Below, piece by piece: positions 16,501 through 24,464 of a stretch of 33,045 nucleotides of DNA. The stretch spans positions 1 to 33,045 of the IMG/VR virus record IMGVR_UViG_3300037423_000659. One strand, written 5' to 3'. Under the pieces are notes generated by a model that made no database searches, was not told the origin of the DNA, and saw only the letters and a program-made list of their open reading frames with translations. The DNA is from a virus. Lineage: Duplodnaviria; Caudoviricetes. The first letter of the stretch is position 1, and the number at the start of each line of letters is the position of its first letter. The translations under genes were made by a program, and so were the position numbers.

Positions 16501-16503
16501 GTC

Positions 16504-16896
16504 ATGGTCACCAAGCAAGACTGGATTGAAGCGAAGGCAGCAATCGAGGCGATCGAGAAGGAACGTTCGGATCTCGTTGCTCACACCAACGAACGGCTGA
16601 GCGCTGCGGAAGAGCGATTTGACGAGATCGAGGAGCAATTGTCCGACAGCGGAGAACTGATCGACCAGTGTGAGGGGTGCAGCCAGCCGATTTTCGAAGG
16701 CGAGAAGCACTTCCGCTGCAACGACGGTATCTACCTCTGCGAGGAATGCGCTCCAACCTATGAAAACCTGCTCAACGACCGCGACTTCTGGGTGAACGAG
16801 GAAGGCGATCAGATGAGCCTGGAACGGGCTCAGGCAATCTACGACGCCCACATCGCTGCCGGCGGCAAGCCGACTGACAGCATGGCAGAGGTGTGA
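16504..16896 (+). CDS. zinc-finger-containing phage protein
   Basis: CEGC...CEEC pairs following a coiled-coil segment. Confidence 0.72.
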   Translation: MVTKQDWIEAKAAIEAIEKERSDLVAHTNERLSAAEERFDEIEEQLSDSGELIDQCEGCSQPIFEGEKHFRCNDGIYLCEECAPTYENLLNDRDFWVNEEGDQMSLERAQAIYDAHIAAGGKPTDSMAEV

Positions 16897-16899
16897 GCC

Positions 16900-17220
16900 A
16901 TGGGCTGGGAACGCTATGGCAAGGTTGGCGACAAGATCGTGTGCATCCGCGACGAAAGCGAAATGATGCATCCTGCCGCGGGCGATGTCATGCCGAAAAA
17001 GGATCAAATCTATACGATCCGAGGTTTCGAGCGCGAAGACGACGATGTGTTCTTCTACCTCGAAGAAATCCGCAATCAGCCTGGTCTCTATTGGGACGGT
17101 TACGGCGAAACCTGCTTCCACAGCGAAGGCTTCCGACCGATCCAGGATCGCAAGACCGACATTTCCAGTTTGACCAAGCTCCTCAACACGGCTCCGGCCG
17201 ACGAACTGGAGGATGCTTGA
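16900..17220 (+). CDS. hypothetical phage protein
   Basis: 'VGDKIVCI....YTIR......L.EI.N......F...FRP...KTDIS' recurrent phage family pattern. Confidence 0.72.
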   Translation: MGWERYGKVGDKIVCIRDESEMMHPAAGDVMPKKDQIYTIRGFEREDDDVFFYLEEIRNQPGLYWDGYGETCFHSEGFRPIQDRKTDISSLTKLLNTAPADELEDA

Positions 17221-17532
17221 ATGTCCGATCTCAGCGCCCGGGCTGGACGATTGATCGCCGACGAACCCGATCTCTGCATGGAGATCGCCAAGCTGATCGA
17301 TGAGCGCACCTCGGCCAACATGGGCCTCACCAGCCGCCAGCGCGAGCTTATGGATTTCATCCGCATGCGGCAGCGCTCCGTAGGCATCGCCCCCACCCAA
17401 GAGGAGATGGCAAACCATATGCGATTGTCCAGCAGGGGCGCCGTAAACCGGCTTGTCGACGCGCTGGAAGAGCGCGGGGCAATCCGCCGCATGCCTGGAA
17501 AGGCAAGAGCAATTCAGGTTGTAGGGGGCTGA
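17221..17532 (+). CDS. LexA-type DNA-binding winged HTH without a peptidase domain
   Basis: 'LT.RQRELMDFI......G.APT.EEMA....LSSRGAVNRLV.ALEERG.IRR.PGKARAI.V' matches the alphaproteobacterial LexA N-domain. Confidence 0.85.
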   Translation: MSDLSARAGRLIADEPDLCMEIAKLIDERTSANMGLTSRQRELMDFIRMRQRSVGIAPTQEEMANHMRLSSRGAVNRLVDALEERGAIRRMPGKARAIQVVGG

Positions 17533-17533
17533 T

Positions 17534-17692
17534 ATGGGAAATTCTATCGGGACGCTGATCGTTATCTGGGGCATCGCTATTTTCTTCGGCCTTTGCGTCT
17601 TGGCCGTCTGGCGCTCTTTCAGAAGCCGCCTAACGGACGATGACAGCACCTATGAGTGCCCCGAGGGCGATCTTCGCAATTTTCGAAAGTGA
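17534..17692 (+). CDS. 52-aa single-pass membrane protein
   Basis: MGNSIGTLIVIWGIAIFFGLCVLAVWRSFR...RK; GGGGG SD; absent from the ORF track. Confidence 0.6.
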   Translation: MGNSIGTLIVIWGIAIFFGLCVLAVWRSFRSRLTDDDSTYECPEGDLRNFRK

Positions 17693-17886
17693 ATTTGGCG
17701 TGGCGACCTGATCTTGGCGGGTCTGTCGCCTTTGCCAGTGGATTGAAAACGTGGGGAAGGGCGGGTTCCTTTCTCAACCATCAGCCCGAGTTCGATAAGG
17801 GCAAATTATCGAAAGTCGGGAACATGATTTGGAAAACCTATGACCGTTTTTTGGCAAATGACAACTCAAGTCGAAAGGAGAAAGCA

Positions 17887-18249
17887 ATGTCTGCAGTAAC
17901 CGCGATCAGCCCCGACTTGGCGGCGGCATACGCGCGGAAGATGATCGAGCGTGAGACAAGGGGCAACGGTGACCAGATGAACGCCATGGAGCGCGTCGGC
18001 CACCGGTGCGGCCTTTCTGCTCGTGCGCTTCGGCGACTTCTCAGCGGAGAAACAAAAGACCCTGGCGTCTCGGTCTTCGCGAGAATTCGGACCGCCTATC
18101 TCAGATATTGCGAAACGCAGATAGCCGAATTGGCACTGGAAATCGCGGCAGACAAAGCGAGGTACGGCGATGAACCTTTTGAGGATCTTGGTGCTGAGGT
18201 TCAAGCATTGGCTGAAAAGATCAAAGCAGCGAAGGAAAGGATCATCTGA
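17887..18249 (+). CDS. HTH regulator (CII-like by position)
   Basis: AAGGAG SD before ATG 17887; 'ERVGHRCGLSARALRRLLSGE' HTH-like segment followed by a helical tail. Confidence 0.6.
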   Translation: MSAVTAISPDLAAAYARKMIERETRGNGDQMNAMERVGHRCGLSARALRRLLSGETKDPGVSVFARIRTAYLRYCETQIAELALEIAADKARYGDEPFEDLGAEVQALAEKIKAAKERII

Positions 18250-18821
18250 TGACAGTGGCAGGGCATAACACGCAGACGGAACGCGAGATGTGGGAAGAAC
18301 AGCAGTTCCACAACGGCGTCGGCCAGATCAAGCGTTTGAACTCCGATATGGCTGGAACGAAGGGCGAGATCGGCGGAATTTATAAACGGCTCAAGGATGT
18401 CGGCTTCACCAAGGCAGATGTGAAATGGGCTTTCGAACTGCAGGACAAGGACGCCTCCGAAGTCATCGCGACAATGGAACGGCGCCTGCGGATTGCGAGA
18501 TGGCTCGGGCATCGCGTGGCTCGTCAGTTCGACATGTTCGACAAGGACCGTACGCCGGCTGAGGATGCGGCCTACGAGGACGGTCTTGCCGCTGGAAAGC
18601 AGCGAAAGCCGAACTCCAACCCATACGATACTGGCAGTCCTCAGGGGCAACGCTGGCAAGCGGGGTTCAACGACGGAACCGAGTTCATCAACAAGGAACT
18701 CAATGCAGCAGTGAACGGCGACGACGGCGCTATCCCCGAGATGGCCGACGATGAAGACGGCAAACAGGCCGACGGCGATGCCGAATGGAATGCCGCGGCC
18801 CCAAAGCAGGCCGCCGAATAG
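18249..18821 (+). CDS. GapR-like N-domain plus RMF-like motif protein
   Basis: 'GHN...IKRL.....GEI..IY...KDVGF' resembles GapR/DUF2312; 'AYEDG..AG......NPY......RW..GF' resembles RMF. Confidence 0.6.
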   Translation: MTVAGHNTQTEREMWEEQQFHNGVGQIKRLNSDMAGTKGEIGGIYKRLKDVGFTKADVKWAFELQDKDASEVIATMERRLRIARWLGHRVARQFDMFDKDRTPAEDAAYEDGLAAGKQRKPNSNPYDTGSPQGQRWQAGFNDGTEFINKELNAAVNGDDGAIPEMADDEDGKQADGDAEWNAAAPKQAAE

Positions 18822-18905
18822 TAGTGCGAGGCCCGCTCATCTCCTCCCTTTGCGGCGGGCCAAATTACGGAGCGCGAATGCTCCGGTCTTTCCCAAGGAA
18901 ATCTG

Positions 18906-19223
18906 ATGCAACCCATCATATGCCATTGCTGCGGACAGGTGATCGGCGAAGTGCCTGAGCTTTCCAGGTTGCGGGGTGAGCTTTCCCATCGCGAGTTCTC
19001 CGTCATGGAGAAGATATTCAAGGCAGGAACTGAAGGCATCACGAGCAAGGCGCTTTCGCAGGCAGTGTTCGGCGATCGGCTTGGCGATCATCCCCGCAAG
19101 CTAGATGAAACCCGCGTGCTGGTTTCGCGCATCAGGCCGAAAATTGAGCGCTTCGGTTTCTTCATCCCAAAGTCAAACCGCTGGAGCCGGTATCGCGTGC
19201 AGCCGCTGGAGGCAACGCTATGA
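18906..19223 (+). CDS. OmpR/PhoB-type winged HTH protein
   Basis: 'CHCCG' followed by 'LSHREF.VM..I...IT...L...VFG...RVLVSRIRPKI..FG..I....Y'. Confidence 0.7.
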   Translation: MQPIICHCCGQVIGEVPELSRLRGELSHREFSVMEKIFKAGTEGITSKALSQAVFGDRLGDHPRKLDETRVLVSRIRPKIERFGFFIPKSNRWSRYRVQPLEATL

Positions 19224-19819
19224 AAATCATGGCTTTCGACACGTCAAAATCCAGCACCGGGTGGGCATTTTTGGAAATCATGTTTCGCAACGGTGCACTC
19301 GCAGACTTGAGAGGAGTTTCCGCCATGCGCTGCGGCTCGTTCAAGAGCGTCGGGGATACGTTTTTTGATACTATCTGGGACTTCCACCCGAAGTTTTTGA
19401 AGTTGATCAAAGAGTTTCGCCCCGACTACGTCATCGTCGAAGAGGGCCTTGCTGTCATCCCTCAGTTCGAGGTGACAAAAAAGCTTCTGACTGGCGAAGA
19501 GGTCAAGAGGCTGGTCGTCAATGCCAATTCGTCATTGGTGCTCCAACGTATCCTTGGGGACGTGCAGGCGATATTGCGTGGCATGAGCATCCCCCACGAG
19601 ACGGTGGCGGTTGAAACGTGGAGGAAGACCTTCCTCGGATACGGCCGCAAGAAAGGCATGACACAGGATGCCTATAAAAAGGCCGCTCGCGCTCAATGCG
19701 AGGCCCTTGGCATCAACGTTTCGAATAACGACCAGGCAGAAGCCGCGGGCATTCTCTACTGGGGAGCGGTTGACAGCCAGCACATCAAGGAAATCGTCAA
19801 CAAACAGGTGGCCGCATGA
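19220..19819 (+). CDS. ruvC: RuvC-like Holliday junction resolvase
   Basis: 'IMAFD.S..STGWA', 'PDYVIVEE', 'WRK', 'NDQAEAAGI' RuvC acidic motifs. Confidence 0.85.
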   Translation: MKIMAFDTSKSSTGWAFLEIMFRNGALADLRGVSAMRCGSFKSVGDTFFDTIWDFHPKFLKLIKEFRPDYVIVEEGLAVIPQFEVTKKLLTGEEVKRLVVNANSSLVLQRILGDVQAILRGMSIPHETVAVETWRKTFLGYGRKKGMTQDAYKKAARAQCEALGINVSNNDQAEAAGILYWGAVDSQHIKEIVNKQVAA

Positions 19820-20001
19820 CGACCAAATCCCATCACTGTCCCAAATGCTCGAAGGCGCTCTCCATCGCTGAAATCATCACCGAGTTCTGCGAGGAATGCC
19901 TCGTTGACGTCAAGCCGACACTCAATCCGCCGGCCCACGACCGCCCCCAGGTAGACCGCGCCGCTCCCCGTGATGGCGAACAGACGGCGGAGGCGGCATA
20001 G
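19816..20001 (+). CDS. small zinc-ribbon protein
   Basis: CPKC...CEEC, ATGA-coupled. Confidence 0.6.
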   Translation: MTTKSHHCPKCSKALSIAEIITEFCEECLVDVKPTLNPPAHDRPQVDRAAPRDGEQTAEAA

Positions 20002-20002
20002 G

Positions 20003-20683
20003 ATGGCAGCAGCATCAGCACGCGGGCTGTTTCGCGCCACAGGCAAGAAATCAAAGCCGGTTCACGTCTACGATCTGGAAGGCAATATTATCAAAGCCGA
20101 CGCCCTCGAGCGGGAGGCAGACGAATTCTATCCAACCCCAGTCGAGCCGCCACGCGCCTTCATTCATGCCGAGATAGAGCGGCTTCGCGACTTCGATAGG
20201 ATTTGGGGGCCTGCCTGTGGAACAGGCGTCATCGGCAAGGAATTGCGCGCGGTAGGGCTGGATACATTTGACAGCGATTTGGTCGACCGTGGCTGCGGCG
20301 CCGAAATCAGGGACTTCTACGACTATCGTGAAGCCCCGGCCAAGGCGATTGTGGAGAACCCGCCGTTCGCGGAATGCGGCTGGGGAAACGGCAAGGCCCG
20401 CTGGCTGAAGCACGCGCTGCAGACGCTCGATATCGAATACATGGCGCTTCTCATGAATTGGGGTTGGCCAGGAGCCGGCGGACTCGCGCCGTTTTACGCG
20501 CAGTTCCCGCCAGCGCGAGTCTACCTAATGCGATGGAAGATCGACTTCACCGGCCAGGGAGCACCCCCGATGCTCAACGGATGGTTCGTCTGGGATCGGA
20601 AATGGCATGGCGAGACCGTTCTCCGCATGCTCGATAGGAAGGACGCGAGGCAGGGCGAGTTGTTCGCGGGAGCGGCGGCATGA
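20003..20683 (+). CDS. DNA N6-adenine methyltransferase (small, NPPF type)
   Basis: 'FYPTP', motif I 'WGPACGTG', motif IV 'NPPF', 'WFVWD'; start ATG 20003 after GGAGG. Confidence 0.8.
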   Translation: MAAASARGLFRATGKKSKPVHVYDLEGNIIKADALEREADEFYPTPVEPPRAFIHAEIERLRDFDRIWGPACGTGVIGKELRAVGLDTFDSDLVDRGCGAEIRDFYDYREAPAKAIVENPPFAECGWGNGKARWLKHALQTLDIEYMALLMNWGWPGAGGLAPFYAQFPPARVYLMRWKIDFTGQGAPPMLNGWFVWDRKWHGETVLRMLDRKDARQGELFAGAAA

Positions 20684-21402
20684 GCGACTATGATGCCCGC
20701 AAGGATAGCTTTGAGAGCTACAACGACGCTGTCGCGGCGCTCAGGGCCAAGCTGCTGCTCGAACGCTGCCCGGCGGCAAGCCGCGTCGAGGTGATCGGGC
20801 AATGCGAGCTTTATCTCGGCGACTGCCTGGACGTGATGCCGACGCTAGGGCGGGTGGATGCCGTAGTGACGGACCCGCCGTACGGGATGAATAAGGGCGA
20901 ATGGGATCAAGAAATCCCAAACTGGTTGCCTTTCGTTCACGGCATTCCGACCGTCTGTTTCTCAGGGGTTGTCGGGATGGCTGATTACCCAAAACCGGAT
21001 TGGATCGGAGCTTGGGTTCGTCCTGCGTCGACACAGCGCAATGGGCGACTGAAAGGGTTTAACAATTGGGAGCCGCTGCTCTTTTTCAACATCAACAGAC
21101 TCGACAATGACGTGCTCATTGAGCCGAACTTTCATGACCAAACTGGGCATCCCACCACTAAGCCAACGCGCCTTATGGAGCGCCTTCTCATAAAGATGCC
21201 TGAAGGCATCGTGCTTGATCCTTTCATGGGCAGCGGCACCACGGGCGTCGCATGCGCCAAGGCGGGGCGCGGCTTTATCGGCATAGAGAAAGATCCAGGC
21301 TATTTCGACATCGCCTGCGAGCGCATCCGCCAGGCCTATCGCCAGCCTGACATGTTCGTTGTCGCTCCTCAACCTGAACCAGTTCAGGAGTCGCTTCTAT
21401 GA
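20680..21402 (+). CDS. beta-class N6/N4 DNA methyltransferase
   Basis: 'GDCL', 'DPPY', 'HPT.KP', 'DPFMGSGTT', 'FIGIE'. Confidence 0.92.
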   Translation: MSDYDARKDSFESYNDAVAALRAKLLLERCPAASRVEVIGQCELYLGDCLDVMPTLGRVDAVVTDPPYGMNKGEWDQEIPNWLPFVHGIPTVCFSGVVGMADYPKPDWIGAWVRPASTQRNGRLKGFNNWEPLLFFNINRLDNDVLIEPNFHDQTGHPTTKPTRLMERLLIKMPEGIVLDPFMGSGTTGVACAKAGRGFIGIEKDPGYFDIACERIRQAYRQPDMFVVAPQPEPVQESLL

Positions 21403-22925
21403 GCCGCATCGAAGACCGCGCCGCAGCCATGGCAAAGACGCGCGACAATCCGTTTGAGCGGCAGTTGCCGGCGAACATCGAAGCGGAACAGGCGCTCTTG
21501 GGGGCGCTGCTGGTGAATAATGAGGCCTATTATGCAATGCTGCCCAGCGGGCTCGAGGCTGCCCATTTCGGAGAACCTATCCACCGGACTGTCTTCGAGG
21601 CCGTAAAGTCCTGCATCGCTGCTGGCAAGGTAGCCAATCCCTACACCATTCGATCGTTCATCTCACCTGATGTTCTAAACAGGCCGGTGGGCGAGACGAC
21701 CGTAGGAGGCTATACCGCAAGGCTTGTGTCCGAGGCAGCATCGATTATCCACGCCAAAGATTTCGCTGACGGCATCAAGTTTGCCTTCCACCGGCGAGAT
21801 GTCTTGCCAACGGCCGACATTATCGAGGGCGCTGCATACAATGCTCAGGACGAGCTCGCCTTTGTTGACCAGATCAGAGAAGCGCGGGACCGACTGACGA
21901 ACACCATCAATGCGATAGAGGGGCAGGGCGCCCAAGACGATGAGCAGATCATCGATAGTTATCTCCAGATGATCACGGGCGAGAACGAAGCCGCAGGTGC
22001 AGACGGAATTCCGCTGCCTTTCCCAGACTTCGAATACCTCATCAACGACAACATGCTTCGCCCTGGAAGGACATACGGAATTCTAGGGGCAAGCGCTGAA
22101 GGCAAAACATCTCTGACGCTACAGGTTGTCTATGCGGCGCTGATTGCTGGACATCCGGTTTGCATCTTGTCCTTTGATCAGGATCAGATGGAAATCTTGG
22201 CGCAGATCACGGCGCAGCAGGAAGGCATACCGTTCTCATCGCAAATCCAGAACTCGCGAAATCATCAGCGTCTTAGCCAGCACCAGATTGACCAGGCCTA
22301 TGGCTTCATTCGAAAGCTGAAACGGAGGCCGTTCGAGATTATCCAATGCCGGACTTCCGACACGGTGCAAAAGCTTGAAACCAAGATGGACGGGTTTCTC
22401 CGGCGGCGCACCAATGGAAAGATGCCACTCTTCGTTTTCGACCATATCCGGGCGATCAAGCCCGCGGCGCAGGCCGACGAAGGCACCAAAGCCCTGCAGA
22501 TTGGACAGGATATCCACGACGCAATGAAAGCCCGCAGAAGCGCCGGTTGGGTGCTCCAACAACGATCGACAACTGGCCTCAAGCGTGAGAACCCGCGGCC
22601 TGCCTCCGCCGACCTATTCGGAGGAGACTCGGCAAAGCAGCCGTTCGATGTAATTTTCTACGTCTTCCGGGCCAGTGAGCACCGCGACGAACAGGTGAGG
22701 ACGGCGAAGGAAGAAAAAGACGTGGCTGGTATCAAAGAACGGTTCAACCGTATCTACGGTAGGGATCGCAATGACGAATACATCCCGATTGAGAATTGTG
22801 TTGAGCTTGGGCTCATCAAGAACCGCTTCGGGCCGAAGAACCGCCGGGCACACCTAGCCTTCGATCCAGAATACACGCGGTTTTCATCTCGACGCCAGCA
22901 GGATCAATGGGAGTTGCTGCCATGA
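21399..22925 (+). CDS. dnaB: DnaB-like replicative helicase (divergent)
   Basis: N-terminal 'P.NIEAEQALLGALL', Walker A 'GASAEGKTS', 'VFDH', 'KNRFGP' arginine finger. Confidence 0.88.
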   Translation: MSRIEDRAAAMAKTRDNPFERQLPANIEAEQALLGALLVNNEAYYAMLPSGLEAAHFGEPIHRTVFEAVKSCIAAGKVANPYTIRSFISPDVLNRPVGETTVGGYTARLVSEAASIIHAKDFADGIKFAFHRRDVLPTADIIEGAAYNAQDELAFVDQIREARDRLTNTINAIEGQGAQDDEQIIDSYLQMITGENEAAGADGIPLPFPDFEYLINDNMLRPGRTYGILGASAEGKTSLTLQVVYAALIAGHPVCILSFDQDQMEILAQITAQQEGIPFSSQIQNSRNHQRLSQHQIDQAYGFIRKLKRRPFEIIQCRTSDTVQKLETKMDGFLRRRTNGKMPLFVFDHIRAIKPAAQADEGTKALQIGQDIHDAMKARRSAGWVLQQRSTTGLKRENPRPASADLFGGDSAKQPFDVIFYVFRASEHRDEQVRTAKEEKDVAGIKERFNRIYGRDRNDEYIPIENCVELGLIKNRFGPKNRRAHLAFDPEYTRFSSRRQQDQWELLP

Positions 22926-23257
22926 TCACCGCCTCAATCGCCCGCGCCATCAACACGCCGAAGGGATGGCAAGCAGAATATTTTTTGTCTGGCGAGAGCG
23001 ACCCGCACAAGCTCTGTGACGCGCTCGGACGGCCTCAGATATATCCAACAGCCCAAGACGCGCGTGTGGCCGCCCTTGAGGCTCTGGTGGCCGCCATGGA
23101 GCGCGCCGACGCCGCCTATATCGACCCGTTGCCGGACCAATTCTGGCTTGAGGTAAAGCCGAAGACACGGCTCGGGCTGATCGTGCAAGCGAAGAAGAAG
23201 TTCGCCCAGGTCGAGGCGGGCCGGGTTATTCCAGTCGAGCGGAGGGCGAGCGCGTGA
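22922..23257 (+). CDS. hypothetical phage protein
   Basis: Start MITASI at 22922 (ATGA overlap with dnaB). Confidence 0.65.
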   Translation: MITASIARAINTPKGWQAEYFLSGESDPHKLCDALGRPQIYPTAQDARVAALEALVAAMERADAAYIDPLPDQFWLEVKPKTRLGLIVQAKKKFAQVEAGRVIPVERRASA

Positions 23258-24030
23258 ACAACCCAGCCTATCAAATCGGCCCCATAGAGGCCAAGCTACG
23301 CGCAGAGGCAGCAGAGCGCCGCAGGAGGTTCAGGGAGGCCAAGCCGCCGGTACCGCGCCTGATGCTGGTCAAACCTGCCGAACCCGCTACAGAAGCCCCA
23401 CAGCGGCTGCCAGTGGCGTTCGACCATCATGTGCTGGCCTACAGGGCTCAAACATCCGGCATCGCCTACGTGCTCTATGAATGCCGAGAGCGCGGGCTGA
23501 CACTCGATGACCTGCGCCGTTCGAACCGCAGCCATGAAATGGTGATGTTGCGGGGTGAAATCGCCCACAACCTGTCAACCCGTTTCGGCTGGAGCTATCC
23601 GCAGATCGCGCGGCATCTCAATCGCGACCATTCCAGCATCATCGGATGTGAGGCGACGTACTGCTCGATCAACCATATAGCAACGCGGACAAAGCAGCCG
23701 CGCCGTGTCGTCACCCCCGAGCAGATGGAAGAGATCAAGCGCCGAATAATGGCCGGTGAAGGCCTATCGACGGTCGCTAGATCGCTTGGCCACTGCGTTT
23801 CCACCATCGTGCGCCGATCGATCGAGAGCGGTTGGTATGTCGTCAACCGCCAGCCGGGCAAGAAGAAGATGGCACTGCCGCTCGACAAGATCGAGCAGGA
23901 TTACAACGCCGGCATGGCGTTCAGGGCTATCGCTGCCAAATACCGCGTCAGCACTCGGACGATCAGCCGGGCTGTGGCTGACCATGGGTGGGCGCGGAAG
24001 GCGGAAGCTGATAGGGCGGCCGGGGAATGA
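23254..24030 (+). CDS. DnaA domain-IV-like HTH plus two further HTHs
   Basis: 'RS.E.V..R.EI...L......SYPQIARHLNRDHSSII' matches Bac_DnaA_C (SLP.IG..F..RDHTTV); two more HTH-like segments follow. Confidence 0.75.
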   Translation: MNNPAYQIGPIEAKLRAEAAERRRRFREAKPPVPRLMLVKPAEPATEAPQRLPVAFDHHVLAYRAQTSGIAYVLYECRERGLTLDDLRRSNRSHEMVMLRGEIAHNLSTRFGWSYPQIARHLNRDHSSIIGCEATYCSINHIATRTKQPRRVVTPEQMEEIKRRIMAGEGLSTVARSLGHCVSTIVRRSIESGWYVVNRQPGKKKMALPLDKIEQDYNAGMAFRAIAAKYRVSTRTISRAVADHGWARKAEADRAAGE

Positions 24031-24464
24031 TTGATCCGCGCGTTCAAGCCATATGCGAGGAATTCGGCATCAAGATCGTTGATGCTCGAACCTATCCTGG
24101 CATTCGCGAGACGCGGGCAATCGCCACAATGGAGCGCATTCTCCACGCGAAGGGCTATGAGCATTTCCGGTTGGTGATGATGACGCTCGGAGAGACAGAG
24201 AACAATCAAGGCCAGATAGACGAATTCCTTCTCTATGCCGTGAGCGACCTTGTGGAGGCTTATGGAGAACTCATCGAAGATGATGCCTCCAGATGGCTCT
24301 CATGCTTCGACAGGGCGCCCATAGGCGAGTTACAATACATCGTGCGCCACCAGCGCCGGCAGAGGCATAAGTTGTTCGGCATGATTGCAGAGCGCATATA
24401 TATCGCATTCGGACCGAAATCAGTGCAGCCAGACCTATTTGACGACAGGCGGAGAACAGCATGA
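24027..24464 (+). CDS. conserved hypothetical phage protein
   Basis: 145 aa, ATGA-coupled; ends in QPDLF. Confidence 0.75.
   Translation: MIDPRVQAICEEFGIKIVDARTYPGIRETRAIATMERILHAKGYEHFRLVMMTLGETENNQGQIDEFLLYAVSDLVEAYGELIEDDASRWLSCFDRAPIGELQYIVRHQRRQRHKLFGMIAERIYIAFGPKSVQPDLFDDRRRTA

Noticed and set aside
15616-17649. 677-aa minus-strand ORF
   Set aside because: Shadow ORF. Six consecutive + strand genes (15643, 15976, 16225, 16504, 16900, 17221) share one frame, so their antisense frame stays open. It has no motifs or SD.
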